This document shows, piece after piece, positions 57,960 through 64,000 of a DNA stretch of 64,000 nt. The notes beneath the pieces are model-generated. The model had not been told where the DNA came from. It searched no databases and saw nothing but the letters and a program-made list of their open reading frames with translations. Position numbers and translations under genes: made by a program. Source of the DNA: an uncultured Acidobacteriaceae bacterium (GTDB lineage Bacteria > Acidobacteriota > Terriglobia > Terriglobales > Acidobacteriaceae). The DNA is taken from assembly GCA_963804155.1 (NCBI GenBank), contig CAWDPG010000004.1, positions 818,651 to 882,650 on the forward strand. The letters run 5' to 3'. How positions within the stretch are numbered: position 1 is the first letter of the stretch; every line of letters begins with the position of its first letter.

Positions 57960-58559
57960 TTAACTCATTCCTTCGTATTTCCAGAGTGCCCTCTGGAGAA
58001 TCCGGACGAACCACCCGATGAAGATAGGTCGGCGGAGAACTACTGCCGGGCACCCATATGCGTAAATTGGATAAATCCCCAAGTGAAAACCGAAGTAGCC
58101 GTAACGTTCAAGTGCGTCCAAGGTGAAATGCGTAATGTCCTCACCCGGACCGCATTTGCTCGTCCAAGCTCCATTTGGCAGCTGACGTGCCATGTGAGTC
58201 GGAATCCAGTCGTTCGTTCCACTCCAATCTGAGGGAAGTGTCTTTGGCATCGCCGACCGGTGTATTGCGTATAGAGCGACCTTTTCGAACCCGAATTGTC
58301 GGCGAGACGACTGACAGGGGCGATAGCCCAGCCAGCGAAATGTTCGAACGAAGCACCCCACTGTTTCATCTCGGAGCTTGGTCCAAGGGGGCCAGTAAGA
58401 GTTGGGATCCGGCCACCACCACCAACGAGTATCACCTGCTGCCCAAGCGATGCAGTTGTAAGCACCGGGCTCAGGAGGAAACCCCGTTTCTTCGCTGGTC
58501 TTCTCATATCCAGCCGCCGCGAGTTTAGGGAAGTCAGCTTCAAGAAGTGGCAATCGCAT
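57960..58559 (-). CDS. hypothetical Trp-rich protein with a Cys...His arrangement (possible papain-fold hydrolase), operon gene C
   Basis: 199 aa. Notable segments: YNCIAWAAGDTRWWWWPDPNSYWPPW ... IPTHMARQLPNGAWTSKCGPGEDITH. It starts 9 nt after gene B's stop. G+C is low. The function assignment is speculative. Confidence 0.6.
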   Translation of the reverse strand: MRLPLLEADFPKLAAAGYEKTSEETGFPPEPGAYNCIAWAAGDTRWWWWPDPNSYWPPWTKLRDETVGCFVRTFRWLGYRPCQSSRRQFGFEKVALYAIHRSAMPKTLPSDWSGTNDWIPTHMARQLPNGAWTSKCGPGEDITHFTLDALERYGYFGFHLGIYPIYAYGCPAVVLRRPIFIGWFVRILQRALWKYEGMS

Positions 58560-58568
58560 GAGCGAGCT

Positions 58569-59126
58569 TCAAAATGGAATCTTATTCATCCTTCCCCAAT
58601 TCAGCCACGCTTCGGTCATTCTCTTACTGTTGCCTGCCTCATGCGCGTCGAATGGACGTATTCCAGTAATCTCGTGCAATGCAGCGAACCAATACCCACG
58701 TCGATTTTTCAATTCGGCGAGCAGGTAGGGCACCACCGGCCTTCCCATCGCAATTATCTGCCTGTAGTTTGGATGGGAGGTCAATATCGACGCGGAGGAG
58801 ACGTGCTTAACGTCTCTTGCCCACTCGGTTGCGAGTCGCCGGAAACGCTCCTCCGTACTTTCGACTTCGGCGGCCGGCGATATCAGCGCCTGGACTATCG
58901 CATCCTCAAAGATCTCTTTCGACTTCCACATCATGATTCTGGTGTGGTCCCAACACCCTGCCCGAATTGTTGATCTGCGCTCCACAAGATCAGTTAAGGA
59001 CCCATACTCCTCGAACCCGCACCTTAAAAGTTTGGTAGGCGGATTGCGCACGTATTCATGTGGTTTCCGGACCTTAGCGGGTTCGGCGCGCCACTCTTCT
59101 AGAGGGGTTGTGAGTGCGAGTCCCAT
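58569..59126 (-). CDS. hypothetical protein, operon gene B
   Basis: 185 aa. The C-terminal ~75 aa (HPNYRQIIAMGRPVVPYLLAELKNRRGYWFAALHEITGIRPFDAHEAGNSKRMTEAWLNWGR) resembles a widespread uncharacterised helical module. The start is uncertain: ATG 59126, or ATG 58934/58931. Confidence 0.6.
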   Translation of the reverse strand: MGLALTTPLEEWRAEPAKVRKPHEYVRNPPTKLLRCGFEEYGSLTDLVERRSTIRAGCWDHTRIMMWKSKEIFEDAIVQALISPAAEVESTEERFRRLATEWARDVKHVSSASILTSHPNYRQIIAMGRPVVPYLLAELKNRRGYWFAALHEITGIRPFDAHEAGNSKRMTEAWLNWGRMNKIPF

Positions 59127-59150
59127 TACTATGGATCTCCTTCCCGCCGT

Positions 59151-59783
59151 CTACGGAACGACGATTTTGATTCTTGCGGCGTCGAAAACCGACCGTAGCG
59201 AATGAGCTTTCGCCTCTGCTCTGTCGATCAGCTGCCTCAGAGTAATTAAATCGTCGTCATCTAAGCTGATATAGATTTCACGAAGCTCTGAGGTGTTGTC
59301 ATGGAATGAAACTCTCAGCGTGTGCGTGACCATCACGGCACTCGGCGGCTTCGAAGGACTACCCAGGTAAACGGGTCGAGCATCGGTAACTATTCGAGCA
59401 CTACAAAAGCGGCGCTCGAACTCCAGCTTCAGAGACGCGGCCTTCGCTGCGATGCCTAACGTACCGATTGAGAGTACCTTTTTCAGGCGATCCTGAAACT
59501 GATCGGTTTCCTCAATGGGAAACTTAACCGCCTCTCGGAGGGCAACAGCGATCTCAGGGACGAAGTCATCAAGATCTTCCTCGAAGAACTCGCGGACCCG
59601 ATATAGTTCCATCACCGCGTCTTTGACTGAGGAAGCGTCACCTTCCGGAATCCCATCAATTCTTGGAAGGTCATCCGGAGATTGCTCTAGCCCCGAAGCC
59701 AGCTCACTGAAAGCGGCATCTGAAATGGTACGAAGTAGGTTCAGAGGAGGTTGCTGAGCCTCCGGAATCGTATACTCCGCCAA
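59151..59783 (-). CDS. hypothetical acidic protein, operon gene A
   Basis: 210 aa. The TTG start at 59783 is preceded by GAGGAG at 7 nt. No motif recognised. G+C is low (a sampled line is about 40%). Confidence 0.6.
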   Translation of the reverse strand: MAEYTIPEAQQPPLNLLRTISDAAFSELASGLEQSPDDLPRIDGIPEGDASSVKDAVMELYRVREFFEEDLDDFVPEIAVALREAVKFPIEETDQFQDRLKKVLSIGTLGIAAKAASLKLEFERRFCSARIVTDARPVYLGSPSKPPSAVMVTHTLRVSFHDNTSELREIYISLDDDDLITLRQLIDRAEAKAHSLRSVFDAARIKIVVP

Positions 59784-60094
59784 CGCAATCTCCTCGCTTA
59801 CCTGGTAAACGAAGGTATTCGCCCTAGATCGCGACCGTCAACAGATGCGCGCGATCACTGTGGAAAACGCGGCCTCTTGCCCATGATCGGCACAAAAGAC
59901 ACTTCAGGCGTAAGAAAGTTCAAAAACCAGTATCTCTAAGGTAACAGACGAGCGCAACATCGGCCCCGGTTGCAGACGTGGGAGCCCCGGAAATCGCTTG
60001 TCACTCAGCACTTCCTCCCTAAGAGGTTGGACGGTACCGCTCAATCCTACGCGCCTCACCGGCTGCAGGAACTCGAATCTCACACCGGTACCGC

Positions 60095-60300
60095 CCCCCT
60101 TCACCAGCATCTGCTTGATCCCGCGGGGGCCTGGCGAGTGCGTTCTTCGTTCTCGATGAGGGCGAAGCGGACGTGATTGTCGCCGCGGTCCGAAAGCCAA
60201 CCGCAGATCCCCGTTCGACTCGTCCGCTGAGCGGACTCGCTCAGGGCAGGGCCCACCTCGCTGTCAACCCCCGTCACACCCGCAAATCGCCCTAACTCCT
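60095..60300 (-). pseudogene. degraded remnant of an aminotransferase 3' end (copy 1)
   Basis: It translates, with a frameshift, to ..[29 protein letters not shown] / PRGIKQMLVKGGGTG. The intact gene at 62935 ends ..[41 protein letters not shown]. Boundaries are approximate. Confidence 0.7.
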
Positions 60301-60659
60301 TCACTCCATTCGCCAAGAATCTCCGCCCAGGTTTGCCGATTATTTCCACAAACGCTCTATCCTTGCCTTAGGTGAAAAGAATGATCTCGACAGCCCTCGT
60401 CCACGTTTCAGTCAGGGACTCCCGCGATCGCACTCATGTTTACTTTGTCGATAACAATGTCTCCATTTCCTCGCCCGAGAAAATTAATGAATTATTTTTT
60501 CGCCTGGGGGGAGTAAACAATTGATCAACATATAAGTCGTTTAGATAGAGTCGGAGCTGCACCAAATTCAGGGCAGTATTACCATTAAATAAACATTGAT
60601 TTTCTGGTAAACATCCGCCGCTCGGCCGCTGAGGCCGCCGCCCACGAGCCGCCAGGCTC

Positions 60660-60716
60660 CGCTACGCCGGCACAACGCCCTTGGCCAGCATGGCCTTTAT
60701 GCCGCGGAGGGCCTGG
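60660..60716 (-). repeat. copy 2 of the aminotransferase 3' terminus (~55 bp, about 80% identical)
   Basis: CTACGCCGGCACAACGCCCTTGGCCAGCATGGCCTTTATGCCGCGGAGGGCCTGG aligns with CTACGCCGGCACGACACCCTTCGCGAGCATGGCTTTGATCCCACGCAACGCCTGCC at 62935-62990. Confidence 0.75.
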
Positions 60717-60859
60717 AGGGGATTTTTCCCGCTCGGGTTTGTGCTATCCCAGGTCGCCAAGTGCGAGGGACCTGGGACACTCTACTCTTTGCTGAGCTAA
60801 GAGCTAGCAGCCGGGAAACATCCATCTGACATCGAGATTCGCTGCGTTCGCCTCGCAAC

Positions 60860-62056
60860 TCAACGGAAGTTCGCCGGGTAGAGCGCCGGGAACCAGCGCT
60901 CCACAACGCCAATGGGGAAGCCCAGGCGAACCGATGCTCTGGGGCCGGTAGAAACAAGCAAGCCGGCTTCAAGAAGCTGTGCAAGGACCATGCGCGCCAT
61001 GCGTTCCTTGTAGCCGGTGATGGCCGGCGCCTGGCCGCGCTCGAATTCCCCGGTTAGAAGGGCTTCACGCAACAAGGGGAAACTGCCTTTGGGCAAGCGC
61101 CCGGCGCGAACCTCCTCTTCGGTGTAGATCTCCATCCTGCGCAGCAATTCCGCCGGTTCCAGGATCGAGCGCATGTATTCAACCTGATCCACGCAGGTGC
61201 TCAAAAAGAACTCGCAGAACTCGATGAGTGCGGCTTGGGAGAGGTTTCCGCGGCCGTCCAGATGGTTCCGGCGCGGCTCGTCCGCGGCCATCAGCAGTGC
61301 TTTATAGTTGCCGACATTGCGGGCCAATCCACGCGCCACCGACCATAGGCTGCTGCCCACTCCGAGCCGTTTCAGCATGGCATGAGACATCAGCCGCACC
61401 ACGCGGCCATTGCCATCGTAGAAGGGGTGAATCCATACAAAGCGATGATGTGCGGCGGCCACGGAAATCACCTGGCGCATCTTGGAGAGCTGGGCAGGGG
61501 CATATGCCTGCTCGAATCGCTCCAGAAAGCGCGGTAAAGCGGCGAACGCCGGTGGCAGATGCTGGCCGACGACTACTTCTCCATCCCGAAGTTTGCCCGG
61601 TTGAACCCGTACGCGTCTTTTCGACTCCGGATCTTCAGTCCAGAGCAGGTCGTCGGGCAGACGGCGGCAGAACTCACGGTGCAGCCAGAGGACATACGGC
61701 AGCGATGCTGGGAAAGTGGGATCGTCGCGCCCCTCGTCAATCGCCTGCTGGACCTCGATATGCGCGACCGCTTCAAGCTGCAAGGCGCGCCGGGCCGGTT
61801 CGGCGGAATAGTCTTTGCGAAGCGCCTTGTCGATGTCGCGCGGGTGGGTGTCGTGGCCTTCGATGAGGTTGGAATAGTAGCAGTTCATCGAGCGAACGAG
61901 CGTGCCGATGGACGCGGTGACAATGGGATTGGTCTGCCCAGCCAGAGAACTGGCGCGGGAGACCAGATCGAACGCAGCATCCTCAAGCCGCCTCTGCCCC
62001 TCTTCAGGCGGCAGCATTGGTTCCATCCAACTCGGGTTGGTGAGTGGAGCATCCAT
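60860..62056 (-). CDS. Fic family protein
   Basis: 398 aa. Fic motif HPFYDGNGRVVRLMSHA. A helical N-terminal region and a C-terminal wHTH-like region are present. Confidence 0.88.
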   Translation of the reverse strand: MDAPLTNPSWMEPMLPPEEGQRRLEDAAFDLVSRASSLAGQTNPIVTASIGTLVRSMNCYYSNLIEGHDTHPRDIDKALRKDYSAEPARRALQLEAVAHIEVQQAIDEGRDDPTFPASLPYVLWLHREFCRRLPDDLLWTEDPESKRRVRVQPGKLRDGEVVVGQHLPPAFAALPRFLERFEQAYAPAQLSKMRQVISVAAAHHRFVWIHPFYDGNGRVVRLMSHAMLKRLGVGSSLWSVARGLARNVGNYKALLMAADEPRRNHLDGRGNLSQAALIEFCEFFLSTCVDQVEYMRSILEPAELLRRMEIYTEEEVRAGRLPKGSFPLLREALLTGEFERGQAPAITGYKERMARMVLAQLLEAGLLVSTGPRASVRLGFPIGVVERWFPALYPANFR

Positions 62057-62182
62057 TGCCGGTTCAATTGCCGTATTTAAGTATAAACAAACAAGTGCAT
62101 TGATGTGAAATATATCGGCGAATAGTGCCGGATATAATGCCGGTTTGAATTGACAGTCGAAGTCTAAAGGGAGAGAGGGCCG

Positions 62183-62283
62183 TTAGCTCACTACCACGCC
62201 CTTCGCCAGCGTGGCTTTGATCCCGCGGAGGGCCTGGCGAGTGCGTTCTTCGTTCTCGATCAAAACGAAGCGGACGTGGTTTG
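62183..62283 (-). repeat. copy 3 of the aminotransferase 3' end (~100 bp)
   Basis: It encodes ..[32 protein letters not shown] with its own stop (TAA 62183-62185) but no gene body upstream. Confidence 0.8.
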
Positions 62284-62364
62284 TCCTGAGGATCGTATGA
62301 TGGCCTAGACGGAGGAAGTGGTTACCAGGCACGGCCCAGCCCGTCTTTGCAAAGGGAGGCAGAT

Positions 62365-62934
62365 GTGAACCTTGCGATGGTACGGAAGGTATTGGCGGGT
62401 GGAGCGCCGGCTGTGGCCGTGGTCTTGCTTGTGTGGGCAACCGTGCAAGCACAGGTAACGCCCAATACGAACTCGCCGAAGATGGCAGTTTTGCACGCGA
62501 CTGTCACGATCACCGGAGGCCGGGCATTCACCGGGTCCTACGACGATCGCCTGCCAGTCCGCACGTGTGCCGAGGTCGCGAGGGGCGGAACAGGCGCGTC
62601 TGGCGGTACGGGCGGCGCGATGTTCAACGTGCCGATACCACCGCCCAATCCGGGCGGCAATCCCGGGTCGGTCGGCGGCGGCCACACCTTCTCAGCCGAT
62701 GTTGCGGCTTGGCCTTATCACGGCCCAGGCACATACACGGGCTCCAGCTTGACCGCGACACAGATGGATGTGGACACCCCAGCCGGTTCCCAGGACATTC
62801 ATATCTTCGCGTTTCCAACCGGGGTGGGCACAATGATCGTCAAGCCCGACGCTTCGGGCTCGTTCCAATTCACCGGCTTGCAGGATCCTGGGAGCGTCAC
62901 GATTTCTGGTCAGGTCATCTGGACCTGCTCGTAG
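62365..62934 (+). CDS. small secreted Gly/Pro-rich protein of unknown function
   Basis: GTG 62365 lies 5 nt after GGGAGG. Signal peptide ..AVAVVLLVWATVQAQ. Its stop TAG (62932-62934) directly abuts the convergent aminotransferase stop (62935-62937). Confidence 0.55.
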   Translation: MNLAMVRKVLAGGAPAVAVVLLVWATVQAQVTPNTNSPKMAVLHATVTITGGRAFTGSYDDRLPVRTCAEVARGGTGASGGTGGAMFNVPIPPPNPGGNPGSVGGGHTFSADVAAWPYHGPGTYTGSSLTATQMDVDTPAGSQDIHIFAFPTGVGTMIVKPDASGSFQFTGLQDPGSVTISGQVIWTCS

Positions 62935-64000
62935 CTACGCCGGCACGACACCCTTCGCGAGCATGGCTTTGATCCCACGCAACGCCTGCCTCGTCCGTTC
63001 TTCGTTCTCGATGAGGGCGAAGCGGACGTGGTTGTCGCCGTAGTCGCCAAATCCAATCCCAGGAGACACGGCGGTTTTGGCCTCGGTGAGCAGGAGCTTG
63101 GAGAACTCGAGCGACTTGAGGTCGCGATAGGCCTCGGGGATCTGGGCCCAGACGAACATGGTGGCGCGGGGTTTGGCGACGGACCAGCCGAGCTTGTTGA
63201 GGCCGTCGACGAGCACGTCGCGGCGGCGGCGGTAGGTGTCGGCGATTTGGGCGACGCATTCCTGCGGGCCTTCGAGCGCGGCGATGGCGGCGACCTGGAT
63301 GGGCGTGAAGGTGCCGTAGTCGAAGTAGCTCTTGAGGCGGGCGAGGGCGTTGACGAGGCGCTGGTTGCCGACCATGAAGCCGACGCGCCAGCCGGGCATG
63401 TTGTAGCTCTTCGAGAGGGTGAAGAACTCGACGGCGACGTCTTTGGCGCCGGGAACCTGCATGACGCTTGGGGGCTTGTAGCCGTCGAAGGCGATGTCGG
63501 CGTAGGCGAGGTCCTGGATGAGATAGAAGCCGTGCTCGCGGGCGAGGGCGACGAGGCGCGCGAGGAAGGGCAGGTCGACGCATTCGGTGGTCGGGTTCGA
63601 GGGGAAGTTGACGATGAGGGCCTTGGGGCGCGGGGTCATGCGCGGGATGAGGTCCTCGAGCTGGGCCAGGAACTGCTCCTGATCGTGGACCGGGACGCTG
63701 ACGATGTGCGCGCCGGCGATCACCGGCCCATAGATGTGGATCGGGTAGCTGGGGTTGGGGACGAGCACCGTGTCGCGCGAGTCGAGAATGGCGAGACAGA
63801 GGTGCGCGATGCCCTCCTTCGATCCGATGGTGACGATGGCCTCGGTGTCGGGGTCGAGCGAGACGTCGTAGCGCGACTGGTACCAGTTGCAGATGGCCTT
63901 GCGCAGGCGGGGGATGCCGCGAGAGACCGAGTAGCGGTGCGTGGGAGGCTTCATGGCGGCCTCGACGAGCTTGTCGACGATGTGCTTGGGCGTAGCGCCG
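62935..64000 (-). CDS. class I/II PLP-dependent aminotransferase (AlaA/AlaC-like), 5' end outside the window
   Basis: The reading frame stays open to the window edge (..[36 protein letters not shown]..). PLP-Lys region [17 protein letters not shown]-terminus ..[30 protein letters not shown]. Confidence 0.88.
   Translation of the reverse strand, partial: GATPKHIVDKLVEAAMKPPTHRYSVSRGIPRLRKAICNWYQSRYDVSLDPDTEAIVTIGSKEGIAHLCLAILDSRDTVLVPNPSYPIHIYGPVIAGAHIVSVPVHDQEQFLAQLEDLIPRMTPRPKALIVNFPSNPTTECVDLPFLARLVALAREHGFYLIQDLAYADIAFDGYKPPSVMQVPGAKDVAVEFFTLSKSYNMPGWRVGFMVGNQRLVNALARLKSYFDYGTFTPIQVAAIAALEGPQECVAQIADTYRRRRDVLVDGLNKLGWSVAKPRATMFVWAQIPEAYRDLKSLEFSKLLLTEAKTAVSPGIGFGDYGDNHVRFALIENEERTRQALRGIKAMLAKGVVPA

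Overview
This is a 64-kb high-G+C bacterial chromosomal segment. Sampled core lines are about 60-65% G+C by eye. The gene content looks Acidobacteriota/Terriglobia-like, but that is inference only. It rests on carboxypeptidase-regulatory-domain TonB-dependent-receptor-like outer-membrane proteins, a CRTAC1/FG-GAP protein and a giant Ig/beta-propeller/phosphoesterase lipoprotein.

Core, 1-27.6 kb: amtB-glnK, a GH28 hydrolase, a membrane polyferredoxin operon, glnD, glyQ-glyS, recO, a 7Fe-type ferredoxin and the canonical lptC-lptA-lptB-rpoN block. The lptC/lptA junction has an apparent 1-nt frameshift. The region continues with an AI-2E transporter, an AIM24/TIGR00266 protein, a ComEA-like protein and an AcrAB-type RND pump.

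Island, 27.6-48.5 kb: a tRNA-Glu(UUC) gene at 27638 is the integration site of a ~20.8-kb integrative mobilizable element. A perfect 45-bp direct repeat bounds it (27672-27716 and 48417-48461).
- Backbone: tyrosine integrase, excisionase, MobF/TrwC relaxase-helicase, and an HTH-ParA-288aa-Fic operon. No T4SS or coupling protein is visible.
- Cargo: a phosphoesterase-rich surface locus made of a metallophosphoesterase, a ~1390-aa Ig/propeller/phosphoesterase lipoprotein, an IS200 copy, a lipoprotein, a frameshifted DUF3089-like lipase and a TBDR-like OMP.

Right part, 48.5-64 kb: a TPR protein, a second TBDR-like OMP, a CRTAC1-family protein, an ICMT-family methyltransferase and a DUF3303 protein. 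A second, integrase-less accessory region follows at about 57.8-62.9 kb. It holds a low-G+C three-gene operon of unknown function, then three degenerate same-orientation copies of the 3' end of the adjacent aminotransferase gene. These copies delimit small modules, one of which is a lone Fic gene.

The three-gene operon and this array of 3'-end copies are my best candidates for something undescribed.

Limits: all calls come from reading the translations and sequence by eye. Start codons, repeat boundaries and G+C statements are approximate. No database search was run.
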